NCBI GenBank assembly: GCA_964543195.1
Contig: CAZIXF010000014.1
Span: 27,144-91,143, forward strand
Direction: 5' to 3'
DNA length: 64,000 nt
Source of the DNA: an uncultured Roseivirgaceae bacterium
Lineage (GTDB): Bacteria > Bacteroidota > Bacteroidia > Cytophagales > Cyclobacteriaceae
Part shown: positions 18,008 to 27,784 of the stretch, piece by piece
Layout of the letters: every line of letters starts with the position of its first letter
How positions within the stretch are numbered: the stretch's first letter is position 1
The notes under the pieces: model-generated
What the model was told of the DNA's origin: nothing
Database searches by the model: none
What the model saw: only the letters and a program-made list of their open reading frames with translations
Position numbers and translations under genes: made by a program

Positions 18008-19279
18008 TCAGCTGAAATTCAATATTGTATCCTCTATTATTTTACAGCATTCATCCAGTTCCACCTCATTCATCACCAGGGGCGGGGCAAACCGTATAAT
18101 ATTGCCGTGCGTAGGTTTGGCCAGCAGACCGTTTTCCTTTAGCTGGAGACATATATTCCAGGCTGTGTCGCTTTCAGGCGAGTCGTTAACCTCCACGGCA
18201 TTGAGAAGTCCGCGGCCCCTGACTTCCCGGATCAGATCCGATTTATCTTTCAGTGCATTCATGCTGGCCCTGAACACTTCGCCCAGATTACGGGCATTCT
18301 GTGCCAGTTTTTCATCCCTGAGCACTTCCAGGGCTTCAATGGCTATCCTGCTGCCCAGAGGATTGCCCCCATAGGTGGAGCCGTGTTGTCCGGGTTTTAA
18401 AACCACCATAACCTCATTGTCAGCCAGCACGGCAGAGACCGGGTACAGCCCACCTGACAAGGCTTTGCCCAGGATAAGTATATCCGGTTTCCGGTAGGTT
18501 TCCTTTCTTTCACAATGGCCTTCACAGTCACAATGGCCACACATGGCAAGCAGGCTCCCGGTTCTGGATAACCCGGTCTGTATTTCATCGGCAATAAACA
18601 ATACGTTGTTCTTTTTGCAGATCTCGTGGGCCCTGACCAGATAATCTTCCGAGGGCATATTTACCCCGGCTTCACCCTGGATCGGTTCTACAAGAAATCC
18701 GGCTACATTTTCCCTTTCCACAGCTTTTTCCAGTGCGTTAATATCGTTAAAAGGGATCTTTATGAATCCGGGGGTGTAGGGGCCGTAATTATCGTGGGCT
18801 AGCGAATCGTCGGAAAAAGATATGACCGTCGTGGTCCGGCCGTGAAAATTATTTTCGCACACGATAATTTTGGCTTCATTTTGATCGATACCCTTGACCT
18901 CATAGGCCCATTTCCGGCATATTTTAATGGCCGCTTCCACAGCCTCTACTCCCGTATTCATGGGCAATACCTTATCATAACCGAAATAACCGGTAATGAA
19001 TTTTTCATATTGCCCGAGAATATCATTATAAAAAGCCCTGGAGGTCAGGGTAAGTTTTTTACTTTGTTCGAAAAGGGTTTCCACTAACCGCGGATGACAA
19101 TGACCCTGGTTTACTGCACTGTAAGCCGATAAAAAATCATAATATTTTTTTCCTTCCACATCCCATACAAACACACCTTCGCCTTTACTGAGAACCACCG
19201 GCAGGGGATGGTAATTATGGGCCCCATATTGATCTTCCAATTGCATGGATTCCCTACTGGATTGTATCGTTTCCTGCAT
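18008..19279 (-). CDS. rocD: ornithine--oxo-acid aminotransferase
   Basis: 423 aa. '[12 protein letters not shown]', '[13 protein letters not shown]', '[12 protein letters not shown]' and 'GKALSGG' (PLP Lys) are class-III OAT motifs. Confidence 0.9.
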   Translation of the reverse strand: MQETIQSSRESMQLEDQYGAHNYHPLPVVLSKGEGVFVWDVEGKKYYDFLSAYSAVNQGHCHPRLVETLFEQSKKLTLTSRAFYNDILGQYEKFITGYFGYDKVLPMNTGVEAVEAAIKICRKWAYEVKGIDQNEAKIIVCENNFHGRTTTVISFSDDSLAHDNYGPYTPGFIKIPFNDINALEKAVERENVAGFLVEPIQGEAGVNMPSEDYLVRAHEICKKNNVLFIADEIQTGLSRTGSLLAMCGHCDCEGHCERKETYRKPDILILGKALSGGLYPVSAVLADNEVMVVLKPGQHGSTYGGNPLGSRIAIEALEVLRDEKLAQNARNLGEVFRASMNALKDKSDLIREVRGRGLLNAVEVNDSPESDTAWNICLQLKENGLLAKPTHGNIIRFAPPLVMNEVELDECCKIIEDTILNFS

Positions 19280-19317
19280 AATAATAATTTAAGATAATAG
19301 CGAAAAAATAACAGGTT

Positions 19318-19325
19318 CAAAGGTA
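19318..19325 (-). promoter_or_regulatory. Bacteroidota -7 box (TACCTTTG on minus strand)
   Basis: CAAAGGTA on the + strand, 39 nt upstream of the rocD ATG (19279). Confidence 0.35.
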
Positions 19326-19483
19326 TTAAAAGTTAAGATTTTTTAGAATGATTTAAGAAGGCATTATATGCAGCCGGGAAAAATCCGGGATCGCATGCGG
19401 GTTTTTCTTTATCTGATTGCTTTGTTTTTAAATTAAATTTAATCATCTTTGCAGACCAATTTGGAAAGCAAATACTTGAAAAG

Positions 19484-19726
19484 ATGTCTAAAGTCTGTCA
19501 GATAACCGGAAAAAGGGCGCAGGTAGGGAATAACGTTTCGCATTCCAATTCGAAAACCAAGCGGAAATTTTATCCCAACCTGCAGAAGAAGAAGTTTTTT
19601 ATCCCTGAGGAGAACCGATGGGTTACCTTGCGCGTGAGCACAAGAGTTCTGAGGACCATAAATAAGAACGGGTTATCCGCTGTGCTGAAAAAGGCCCGCA
19701 GGGATGGCACGCTCAATATGAAATAA
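19484..19726 (+). CDS. rpmB: 50S ribosomal protein L28
   Basis: 80 aa. '[31 protein letters not shown]' is the L28 pattern. Confidence 0.95.
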   Translation: MSKVCQITGKRAQVGNNVSHSNSKTKRKFYPNLQKKKFFIPEENRWVTLRVSTRVLRTINKNGLSAVLKKARRDGTLNMK

Positions 19727-19739
19727 ATTAGCAGAAGTT

Positions 19740-19922
19740 ATGGCAAAAAAAGGTAACAGGGTTCAGGTGATTTTGGAATGTACGGAGCATAAGAATTCCG
19801 GCAAGCCCGGCACGTCGCGTTACATTACCACCAAAAACCGTAAAAATACACCTGAAAGGCTTGAACTTAAGAAGTACAATCCGATTTTAAAGAAATATAC
19901 TGTACATAAGGAAATCAAATAA
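19740..19922 (+). CDS. rpmG: 50S ribosomal protein L33
   Basis: 60 aa. '[17 protein letters not shown]...[16 protein letters not shown]' is the L33 pattern. Confidence 0.95.
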   Translation: MAKKGNRVQVILECTEHKNSGKPGTSRYITTKNRKNTPERLELKKYNPILKKYTVHKEIK

Positions 19923-19924
19923 TC

Positions 19925-20077
19925 ATGGCAAAGAAAGTTGTCGCTACACTCAGAAAAGGAAAGGATTTTGCAAAGATCATCAAACCGGTTAAATCACCGA
20001 AAACCGGCGCATATTCTTTCAAGGAGGAAATGGTACCGGTAGATATGGTAAAGCAAGCATTGTCCTCTGATAAATAA
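19925..20077 (+). CDS. DUF4295 family small protein (50 aa)
   Basis: Hand-translated: MAKKVVATLRKGKDFAKIIKPVKSPKTGAYSFKEEMVPVDMVKQALSSDK. It sits in the conserved Bacteroidota position right after rpmB-rpmG and is below the track cutoff. Confidence 0.7.
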   Translation: MAKKVVATLRKGKDFAKIIKPVKSPKTGAYSFKEEMVPVDMVKQALSSDK

Positions 20078-20108
20078 ACACCCAGTTTTAAATATTATTT
20101 TCTTTCAG

Positions 20109-20131
20109 GTCCCCGGCAGCGGGACTTTTTT
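20109..20131 (+). terminator. weak hairpin plus T-run after the rpmB-rpmG-DUF4295 cluster
   Basis: gtccc-cggcagc-gggac followed by tttttt. The stem is only 5 bp. Confidence 0.35.
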
Positions 20132-20162
20132 ATTATATTTTGTAGTTAAATCCTCTACACGA

Positions 20163-21113
20163 ATGGCATTATTTAAATTCTTATCAAAGGATAAAAAAGA
20201 ATCCCTGGATAAGGGACTGGAAAAAACCAAGGAAAGCTTTTTCCATAAACTGGGGAAAGCGGTAGCCGGTAAGACGAAAGTCGATGAAGAGGTTCTGGAT
20301 GAGCTGGAAGAAGTACTGATCACCTCGGATGTGGGTGTTGAGACGACCATCAAGATCATACAGCGGATAGAAGAACGGGTAGCCAAGGACAAATATCTGA
20401 ATGCAGATGAGTTGAATGTAATCCTGAAAGAAGAAATTGCTTCATTGCTGGCTGAAAACAAATCGGAAAATGTAACCGATTTTATCGTTCCTGAAGGCAC
20501 TAAGCCCTATGTGATCCTGGTAGTGGGTGTAAACGGAGTAGGGAAGACCACTACCATTGGAAAGCTGGCCGCCCAGTACAAGGCGAAAGGGAAAAAAGTG
20601 ATACTCGGTGCGGCAGATACATTCAGGGCCGCTGCTGTGGATCAATTGCTGAAATGGGGTGAACGTGTAGGAGTGGATGTGGTATCCCATGGGATGAATA
20701 CCGATCCCGGATCGGTAGCGTACGATGCCGTGAAAAAAGGAGTGGATGAGGGAGCCGATGTCGTACTTATCGATACGGCCGGGAGACTGCATACCAAGGT
20801 GAACCTGATGAATGAACTTTCCAAGATAAAGCGGGTAATCAAAAAATTCATCGAAGATGCCCCCCAGGAAGTCCTTCTTATACTGGATGGCAGTACCGGG
20901 CAGAATGCATTCATACAGGCAAAGGAATTTACACGGGCCACCGAAGTTACTTCCATGGCGATCACCAAGCTGGATGGTACGGCCAAAGGGGGAGTGGTAA
21001 TAGGGATCTCCGACGAATTTAAAATTCCTGTAAAATACATCGGTGTGGGTGAAAAAATGGAGGATCTGCAGGTATTTAATAAGTATGAATTTGTGGATAC
21101 GCTTTTTGGTTGA
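20163..21113 (+). CDS. ftsY: signal recognition particle-docking protein FtsY
   Basis: 316 aa. SRP-GTPase motifs 'GVNGVGKTTTIGKLA', 'DTAGRL' and 'TKLDGTAKGG'. Confidence 0.95.
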   Translation: MALFKFLSKDKKESLDKGLEKTKESFFHKLGKAVAGKTKVDEEVLDELEEVLITSDVGVETTIKIIQRIEERVAKDKYLNADELNVILKEEIASLLAENKSENVTDFIVPEGTKPYVILVVGVNGVGKTTTIGKLAAQYKAKGKKVILGAADTFRAAAVDQLLKWGERVGVDVVSHGMNTDPGSVAYDAVKKGVDEGADVVLIDTAGRLHTKVNLMNELSKIKRVIKKFIEDAPQEVLLILDGSTGQNAFIQAKEFTRATEVTSMAITKLDGTAKGGVVIGISDEFKIPVKYIGVGEKMEDLQVFNKYEFVDTLFG

Positions 21114-21142
21114 AAAGGTCTAAAGGGTGATAAGGCGGATAT

Positions 21143-21829
21143 TCAAATATTATCTGATCCGTTTTCGTCGGGTGCCTCGACCGGCACCTTTTTCTCCCTG
21201 ATCGGGATCCTGTAAAAGATCTGGTAATTTAATCCCCATTGGCTGTCGCTACTGGAACTGCCGTAACCAGGTACCCTGAAGTTATTGAATATGCTGGAAG
21301 AAGAGTCAACATTTTTACCGAATTTGAACCTTACTGTCCAGCCAAGATGGATATTTTTCCATACCTTTGCCTTTAGACCCGTTACCGCTTCAAACCAGCG
21401 ACCGCTACCATCTGTATTGATAATCTCCTGATAATCCCCGTATATGGCATCATTGATGCTGTATTCGAATGATTCCCTGAAATCAGCCGATGCATACCTT
21501 AATCCGAAGTAGATGACATGATCGGTCTGGTTGGAACCGATGAAATTGTAATCCACACCGGCGCGAAAATAATTACCCCTGTTGTCATAGGAATAACCTG
21601 TTTCATCAAATCCCAATACCGAATTTCCATAATCGACACTTATGAAATAATTATGAATATCGATATCTCCGCTGATCTCAAATTGCCTGATGTCTGCATT
21701 CAGAATACTCAAACCCGCAAGAGAAAGGTCGGTGCCTATCTTGATCTGGGAAGGGACAAATCTGGAGACCTGTGCCCCGGTGTTTGAGAATAAGAAAAGC
21801 GCTAGCCCTATGCTAAGGATATATTTCAA
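21143..21829 (-). CDS. outer-membrane beta-barrel protein (DUF6048-like)
   Basis: 228 aa with a signal peptide and alternating beta pattern. The family name is from memory of the ftsY/rimO neighbourhood in Bacteroidota and is not verified. Confidence 0.55.
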   Translation of the reverse strand: MKYILSIGLALFLFSNTGAQVSRFVPSQIKIGTDLSLAGLSILNADIRQFEISGDIDIHNYFISVDYGNSVLGFDETGYSYDNRGNYFRAGVDYNFIGSNQTDHVIYFGLRYASADFRESFEYSINDAIYGDYQEIINTDGSGRWFEAVTGLKAKVWKNIHLGWTVRFKFGKNVDSSSSIFNNFRVPGYGSSSSDSQWGLNYQIFYRIPIREKKVPVEAPDENGSDNI

Positions 21830-22274
21830 TATTTTTTCTGTTTTTACTGTTGACGATGAGCGTACTTATTTCAGGATTAGTCACCATGGCACCGGGAAAA
21901 GAGGCATCGTTCACCTCCAGATCATTCAGGAGAAATTCAAATCCACAATCCTGTGATATCAGGTTTATATTTCGGCTATAACCCACCTCCAGTGTTTCTG
22001 ACCCCTCGGGAAAATTGAAAAGGAATGTCGTATTAGTATTTTCAGAATCGACCGGCAGGAATAGTTTACTGACCGTGGTATCATTATAAAACGATACCTC
22101 CGTTCCCATAGCAGAGATATTCAGGATATCGACTTGCTGACTGTTGTTGGCGGAATCCAGGAACTGTATTACAATGATGTTTGTAGCAAAGGAGACACAT
22201 TCCGGGCCACTGCACCCCTGAATCAGCCTGAAACCTGTTATAAAAATTATAATAATGCTGATCGTTCTTTTCAC
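21813..22274 (-). CDS. small lipoprotein (DUF6452-like)
   Basis: 153 aa with lipobox 'IQGC'. It overlaps the downstream barrel gene by 17 nt, which suggests a coupled pair. Confidence 0.5.
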   Translation of the reverse strand: MKRTISIIIIFITGFRLIQGCSGPECVSFATNIIVIQFLDSANNSQQVDILNISAMGTEVSFYNDTTVSKLFLPVDSENTNTTFLFNFPEGSETLEVGYSRNINLISQDCGFEFLLNDLEVNDASFPGAMVTNPEISTLIVNSKNRKNIEIYP

Positions 22275-22300
22275 AGAGAAAAATTTGCTTTACTGTCTGC

Positions 22301-22308
22301 CAAAATTA
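22301..22308 (-). promoter_or_regulatory. Bacteroidota -7 box (TAATTTTG on minus strand)
   Basis: CAAAATTA on the + strand, 27 nt upstream of the ATG at 22274. Confidence 0.35.
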
Positions 22309-22372
22309 TTTAATAAAATGCTAGTTAGCATATATAGCGATCACTTTAAAATCTCAATGGCTATTTTTTTGT

Positions 22373-22380
22373 TATTTTTG
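22373..22380 (+). promoter_or_regulatory. Bacteroidota -7 box TATTTTTG
   Basis: A perfect TAnnTTTG match 22 nt upstream of the rimO TTG start (22402). Confidence 0.35.
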
Positions 22381-22401
22381 CTGTTCAATATTTATTAAAA
22401 A

Positions 22402-23733
22402 TTGCGTACCAAGGGAAACAACAGGCATAAGGTAAAGATAGTCACATTGGGATGCGCCAAAAACCTGGTGGATTCGGAAGTGCTGATCGCCCAGTTGAAA
22501 GGCAACCGGATCCATGCATTTCATGAAAATGATCAGGAGCATGCCGATGTGGTTGTGATCAACACCTGCGGCTTTATAGAGAATGCCAAACAGGAATCGA
22601 TCGATACCATCCTGCAATTTGCGGAAGCCAGGGAAAAAGGAATAATAGAAAAGCTCTATGTGACCGGCTGCTTGTCTCAGCGATATAAAAATGATCTCGA
22701 AAAGGAGATCCCCCGGGTTGATGGATATTTCGGCACACACGATCTTCCTGCTCTTTTGCGAAGGTTCCGGGCCGATTATAAACATGAACTTGTCGGTGAA
22801 CGGCATCCCTCGCAGGGATCACATTTTGCCTATTTGAAGATCTCTGAAGGTTGTGACAGACCCTGTTCCTTTTGTGCGATACCGATCATGCGGGGCAAAC
22901 ACGTCTCCCGTTCCATTGAATCCCTTACGGAAGAAGCCCGGAAACTGGCCTCCAAAGGGGTTAAAGAACTTCTGCTGATAGCCCAGGACTCAACATATTA
23001 TGGTCTGGATCTGTACAGATCGCGAAAACTTGCCGGTCTTCTGAATGCCTTATCGGAAGTCGATGGCATAGAGTGGATCCGTATGCACTATGCTTTTCCC
23101 AGTGGATTCCCTGAAGAAGTGCTTTCGCTGATGGCTGAAAATGAAAAAATATGCCGTTATATCGATATACCGCTCCAGCATGCATCAACTAAAATGCTGC
23201 AGATCATGCGCCGGGGTATTGACCGCCCAAAAACCGGGGAATTGATACGGAGGATGAGAGAAACAGTGCCGGGTATCGCAATCCGCACTACCATGCTGGT
23301 GGGGCACCCGGGTGAAACAGAAAAAGATTTCAATGAGCTTTTGGATTTTGTTGAAAAAATGCGGTTCGACCGGTTGGGCGTTTTTACTTATTCCCATGAA
23401 GAAGGTACCCATGCTTATAACATGAAAGACGATATACCGGCCCGTGTAAAGAAAGCAAGGGCAGCTGAACTGATGAAGTTGCAGGAAGAAATATCAATGG
23501 ATCTGAACAGGAAAAGGATAGGGAAACAATACCGGGTGCTGATCGACCGGAAGGAGTCAGGATATTTTATAGGCAGGACTGAATTTGATTCACCTGAAGT
23601 GGATAATGAAGTATTGATCGATGCGGATAAATATTATGTCAGAACGGGTGATTTTGTTGATGCAAAAATTATCGATGCCTTACCCTTCGATCTTATAGGG
23701 CAACCCCTGGTACCAGAAACAGTTAATTCTTGA
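22402..23733 (+). CDS. rimO: ribosomal protein S12 methylthiotransferase
   Basis: 443 aa with an MTTase N-domain 'VTLGCAKN', the radical SAM motif 'CDRPCSFCAIP', and a C-terminal TRAM domain. Confidence 0.9.
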   Translation: MRTKGNNRHKVKIVTLGCAKNLVDSEVLIAQLKGNRIHAFHENDQEHADVVVINTCGFIENAKQESIDTILQFAEAREKGIIEKLYVTGCLSQRYKNDLEKEIPRVDGYFGTHDLPALLRRFRADYKHELVGERHPSQGSHFAYLKISEGCDRPCSFCAIPIMRGKHVSRSIESLTEEARKLASKGVKELLLIAQDSTYYGLDLYRSRKLAGLLNALSEVDGIEWIRMHYAFPSGFPEEVLSLMAENEKICRYIDIPLQHASTKMLQIMRRGIDRPKTGELIRRMRETVPGIAIRTTMLVGHPGETEKDFNELLDFVEKMRFDRLGVFTYSHEEGTHAYNMKDDIPARVKKARAAELMKLQEEISMDLNRKRIGKQYRVLIDRKESGYFIGRTEFDSPEVDNEVLIDADKYYVRTGDFVDAKIIDALPFDLIGQPLVPETVNS

Positions 23734-23752
23734 AAACAGAAATAATCTTAGC

Positions 23753-25312
23753 ATGAAATGTGAAAAAGTAGATCTGGTAAAGACCGGAGCCTATCCGGAG
23801 ATCCTTCTGGATTATGCAAAACAGGACCCACGCCTTAAGCCGTTTTATCAATATCCGCCCGAACCGGGTTCTTTCAAAGACATACTGGATAAGAAAAAAT
23901 TCAGCAGCACTAAGCGCAAGATCCTTCAGGAAGTATTGAATGACCAGTACAAAACGATGCCGGCGGCCGGTCCGGTGACTGAAAATATAAAAACGTTGGG
24001 AAAGGATAAAACCTTTACGGTGACTACGGGACACCAGTTGAATATTTTCACCGGACCCCTGTATTTTATTTACAAGATCATAACCGTGATCAACACCTGT
24101 AATAAATTAAAGGATATTTATCCGGAATATTCCTTCGTCCCTGTGTACTGGATGGCATCAGAAGACCATGATCTTGAGGAAATAAGTTCTTTTACCCTTT
24201 TCGGGGAAAACTATATCTGGAACACCGGTCAGACTGGTCCTGTGGGACGTATGGATCCGGGGTCCCTGAAAGAGATCATCGACAAGCTCCCTGAAAAGAT
24301 CGAACTCTTCGAAAAGGCTTATACTGAACAGGATTCACTGGCGAATGCAGTCAGATATTATATGAATGAGCTGTTTGGAAAAGATGGGCTGGTGGTGATC
24401 GATGCAGATGAAAAACGATTGAAAGAACTGTTTAAGGAGATCATGAAGGATGATCTGACCGATCACCATGCCAACGACCTGGTGGAGGAAACCTCATCAG
24501 AACTGGGGAAGGCCGGATTCAATGCCCAGGTTTATCCGCGTGCGATCAACCTCTTTTATATGAAGGATCATTTAAGAGGTCGGATCGTACGGGAAAAAGA
24601 AACGTATCAGGTGCTCGATACAGACCTTTCCTTCACCTATAAGGAAATAATTAAGCTCATTGACGAATCTCCGGAATTGTTCAGTCCCAATGTAATTTTA
24701 CGCCCCCTGTACCAGGAAACGATACTGCCCAATATCGCGTATGTGGGAGGCCCGGCCGAAGTGGCCTACTGGCTTCAGCTGAAGGCGGTATTCGAATTTT
24801 ATAAAATCGACTTTCCGGTGGTACTGCCCCGGAATTTTGCTATGATCGTCGGGAAAAGCCTCAATAAAAAGCTTTCGAAATTATCTGTGACGGGAAGTGA
24901 TCTTTTCAGGGACTTCAATGAATTAAAAGTGCTTCATCTGGAAGAACTTGCAGAGAATTCCTTTTCCCTGGAAAAGGAAAAAAGGATCCTTAACGAGGTG
25001 TACGAGTCCATTAAAAATAAAACCATGGCGGTAAATAAAAGCCTCGAAGGATTCATTGGCGCCGAAAGAGCCAGGCTGGAGAAAAGTATTGAAAATATAG
25101 AAAAAAGGCTGGTTAAAGAAGAGGAGAGAAAACAGGATACCAGTATCAAACAATTACAGACCCTCAAAGAGAAGCTTTTCCCGGGAGAAGGCCTTCAGGA
25201 AAGGCATGAGAATTTTCTTACGTTTTATCTTAACGACCCGGAATTTATCGGGTCAATCCGCGACCAGTTCGACCCGTTCGATTTCCGGTTCAATATCTGT
25301 TATGAGGAATGA
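23753..25312 (+). CDS. bshC: bacillithiol biosynthesis cysteine-adding enzyme BshC
   Basis: 519 aa. The N-terminal region, 'TGHQ' and 'WMASEDHD' motifs, and the C-terminal coiled coil are typical of BshC. Confidence 0.85.
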   Translation: MKCEKVDLVKTGAYPEILLDYAKQDPRLKPFYQYPPEPGSFKDILDKKKFSSTKRKILQEVLNDQYKTMPAAGPVTENIKTLGKDKTFTVTTGHQLNIFTGPLYFIYKIITVINTCNKLKDIYPEYSFVPVYWMASEDHDLEEISSFTLFGENYIWNTGQTGPVGRMDPGSLKEIIDKLPEKIELFEKAYTEQDSLANAVRYYMNELFGKDGLVVIDADEKRLKELFKEIMKDDLTDHHANDLVEETSSELGKAGFNAQVYPRAINLFYMKDHLRGRIVREKETYQVLDTDLSFTYKEIIKLIDESPELFSPNVILRPLYQETILPNIAYVGGPAEVAYWLQLKAVFEFYKIDFPVVLPRNFAMIVGKSLNKKLSKLSVTGSDLFRDFNELKVLHLEELAENSFSLEKEKRILNEVYESIKNKTMAVNKSLEGFIGAERARLEKSIENIEKRLVKEEERKQDTSIKQLQTLKEKLFPGEGLQERHENFLTFYLNDPEFIGSIRDQFDPFDFRFNICYEE

Positions 25313-25328
25313 GGAATGATCCCGGGGC

Positions 25329-25997
25329 TTATTTCCTTGCTCGAACCATTTCCTTTTTCCCGGGAGGTCCGGGCAGGGTTTCCACATGAAAACCTTCCGA
25401 TTTCAAATTCCTTTTGAATTCGCCCTGGGAACTGTAAGTTACCAGTATCCCCGTTTCCTTAAGCATCCGGTACATTTTTTTTAATATGGCAGGTTCCCAC
25501 AACTCAGGTTGCCTGGAGGGGGCAAACGCATCAAAATAAATAATATGAACACTGTCAGACGGGAGATTGAACTCCTGAATGGGCTCCGTTGATTTTCTGA
25601 TCCGGAAGAAAGGATCGATCACCCTTTCTTTCCCCCACAAGTCCTCATGGATCGCTGAGAAAAGGTTGCTTGCCTGGTCATGGCCTACCAGGCTTGAATA
25701 ATTCAGTTTTTCAATGATTCCCGGATTAAGCGGGAACGGTTCCACCGCCGTATAGTTTACCGGTCGTTTGAACTTGCGTGCTTCCATTACAGTGAGCAGG
25801 GCATTCAACCCTGTTCCCAGGCCCAGTTCAAAAATATGAACTGGCGATACTTTTTGTTCACTGATAAAATACCGGAAACCGTTTTTAATAAAAACATACT
25901 GGGATTCACGCAATGCGCCGTGACGTGAATGATAGGTTTCATCGAGTTCATCCACATACAGGGTATGAGATCCGTCTCCGGTCTCGATCAATTTCAT
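25329..25997 (-). CDS. mnmD: tRNA (mnm5s2U34)-methyltransferase MnmD-like SAM-dependent methyltransferase
   Basis: 222 aa. 'TGDGSHTLY....ETYHS.HGA..ES..VF' and 'DAFAP...PELW' match the stand-alone MnmC methyltransferase domain. Confidence 0.8.
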   Translation of the reverse strand: MKLIETGDGSHTLYVDELDETYHSRHGALRESQYVFIKNGFRYFISEQKVSPVHIFELGLGTGLNALLTVMEARKFKRPVNYTAVEPFPLNPGIIEKLNYSSLVGHDQASNLFSAIHEDLWGKERVIDPFFRIRKSTEPIQEFNLPSDSVHIIYFDAFAPSRQPELWEPAILKKMYRMLKETGILVTYSSQGEFKRNLKSEGFHVETLPGPPGKKEMVRARK

Positions 25998-26004
25998 TTC
26001 AATT

Positions 26005-26487
26005 TCAACTTTTTTTATGGATCAGGGCCACCGCATAAGCTTCGATGCCTTCTTCCTTTCCTACGAAACCCATCTTTTCGCTGGTGGTGGCCTTGATGGA
26101 AATTTTGTTTTTATTAATTTTCATTACCTCCGAAAGGCGGTCTTTCATGGAATCGATATGCGGATTGATCCTGGGTTTTTCAACACATACAGTCGTATCC
26201 AGATTGCCTATATCGAACCCATCCTTCCTGATCATTTGCATAACCTCCGATAGCAGTTTCTTGCTGTCTATGCCTTTATATGCCGGCTCGGTATCGGGAA
26301 AATGATAGCCGATATCGCTCAGGTTAGCCGCACCCAACAGCGCATCACATATGGCATGGATCAACACATCCGCATCCGAATGCCCGACAGATCCCTTTTC
26401 ATGAGGTATTTTTACGCCACCCAGCCACAGGTCGTATCCTTTACTCAACTGGTGTACATCATATCCAAATCCGATCCTTAAATCCAT
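26005..26487 (-). CDS. ispF: 2-C-methyl-D-erythritol 2,4-cyclodiphosphate synthase
   Basis: 160 aa. 'RIGFGYDVH', 'GHSDADVLIHAICDALLGA' and 'DIG' are IspF motifs. Confidence 0.95.
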   Translation of the reverse strand: MDLRIGFGYDVHQLSKGYDLWLGGVKIPHEKGSVGHSDADVLIHAICDALLGAANLSDIGYHFPDTEPAYKGIDSKKLLSEVMQMIRKDGFDIGNLDTTVCVEKPRINPHIDSMKDRLSEVMKINKNKISIKATTSEKMGFVGKEEGIEAYAVALIHKKS

Positions 26488-26508
26488 TTTTCGTTTATTA
26501 TGGTATTC

Positions 26509-27213
26509 TCAATTACTGAATAATATACCTACCGAGATCTCCCATCCGGTAAAATCGATCTTCGCTTCATCGTAATTCACACTGATCACATCCAGATTGC
26601 TGGCGGAGCCACCGGTGATCGAGCCCCTGTAATTCAGATCCGATGCACCCGAGAGATAATTCACTTCCAGGTTGATTCCGAAATCCCTGGTAAAGTAGAC
26701 GATGATCTCACCACCGGCCAGGTAACCCAGACCCGGATTATTATCGTAATCGAGATCGGCATTGGCCACGGTCCAGTCATAATGATCGGCAATTGCCCTG
26801 TCCATATTGCCATAATTCACATGATTGCCAAAATTATAAAAACCGAACCCTCCGCCTTTTAAACGGAACACCACATTTCCCGTCTGGGCCTCAAGCACCG
26901 CCTCAAGCGGTACAAAAAAGGTGAACATCGGCCCCATCAACGGGGCCTCCGATTCGAAAGGCAGGTTCTTTACATTGAGCCCCGACATCCTGTACAGGGA
27001 GAAGCCGGTTTCCACAGAAAAAAATGGTGCCGGGTTGATACCGAAACCGCGTATAGAAAAGGGGCTTATGGGAGTTGAAAAATAACCATTTTTCGGGAAA
27101 AAGAATGAAAACGACATGCCCAGATCCTGTGCAGCGGCATTTCTGAAATTAAAGGTGGTCAGTATAAACAACAAGGGTATAATGCATATCAGCCGTGATT
27201 TAGGATTGATCAT
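26509..27213 (-). CDS. outer-membrane beta-barrel protein, hypothetical
   Basis: The ATG at 27213 gives a signal peptide ending 'AAAQ', and the body is beta-rich with terminal 'GILFSN'. The track start at 27252 is a TTG. Confidence 0.55.
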   Translation of the reverse strand: MINPKSRLICIIPLLFILTTFNFRNAAAQDLGMSFSFFFPKNGYFSTPISPFSIRGFGINPAPFFSVETGFSLYRMSGLNVKNLPFESEAPLMGPMFTFFVPLEAVLEAQTGNVVFRLKGGGFGFYNFGNHVNYGNMDRAIADHYDWTVANADLDYDNNPGLGYLAGGEIIVYFTRDFGINLEVNYLSGASDLNYRGSITGGSASNLDVISVNYDEAKIDFTGWEISVGILFSN

Positions 27214-27260
27214 AATACGTTCCGGGTTATTGTAGCTGGTGAAATTAGCCAAAAACCAAA

Positions 27261-27291
27261 AAAAAACCTTGAGAAAGCTCCCAAGGTTTTT
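27261..27291 (-). terminator. rho-independent terminator after the DUF6249-like gene
   Basis: aaaaaccttg-N10-caaggttttt is a perfect 10-bp inverted repeat. On the minus-strand RNA the hairpin is followed by a U9 run. Confidence 0.5.
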
Positions 27292-27315
27292 CGAATGAAG
27301 GTATCTAATAAAGAA

Positions 27316-27660
27316 TCATTTTTCTTTTTCAGGTTTGATACGACGCATAAGCAGGTAATAAACGATAAGGCTCAAGCCTCCAAACAGGGCGATCATAGCA
27401 AAATAGGCCACGTCATCATCCATGATCCGGTTAATATCCAGGATATTGGCCACAACCAGGCCGATCCCAACTCCAAAGGCAAGGATCCCGAACTTTAATG
27501 CATTATACCGGCCATGCAATTGATTTTCATCCCTTAAAATGCTGGCATCCTGGCCTTTTTCGATCAGGGCCATACGTTCTTTATTTCGCGCGGTGATGGC
27601 AATATATACTATGCCGAAAATAGTGGCGAAAAAACCAAGGGGTACTAAAATTTCTACCAT
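27316..27660 (-). CDS. small multi-TM membrane protein (DUF6249-like)
   Basis: 114 aa with 3-4 TM helices. It is transcribed divergently from the ECF sigma gene. Confidence 0.6.
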   Translation of the reverse strand: MVEILVPLGFFATIFGIVYIAITARNKERMALIEKGQDASILRDENQLHGRYNALKFGILAFGVGIGLVVANILDINRIMDDDVAYFAMIALFGGLSLIVYYLLMRRIKPEKEK

Positions 27661-27784
27661 TTTTATATTAAATTTAATTCAACATCGAATACTCATTTCT
27701 AACCTTTGGACGCCCGCAGTTCTGATCAGGTTACACAGAGGTTAAATGTAACCGGAAATTATTTAAAGGCGTCAAATACGGTGA

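Noticed and set aside
19370-19420. Short palindromes (CCGG..CCGG, CGCATGCG) plus a T-run between rocD and rpmB as a terminator or riboswitch
   Set aside because: The genes on both sides diverge from this region, so a terminator has nothing to terminate. The stems are only 4-8 nt, and I recognise no known leader or riboswitch consensus.
25304-25319. GAGGAATGAGGAATGA at the bshC stop resembles the GAGGATG repeat family
   Set aside because: There are only two units, partly inside coding sequence. That is too short to separate from chance.
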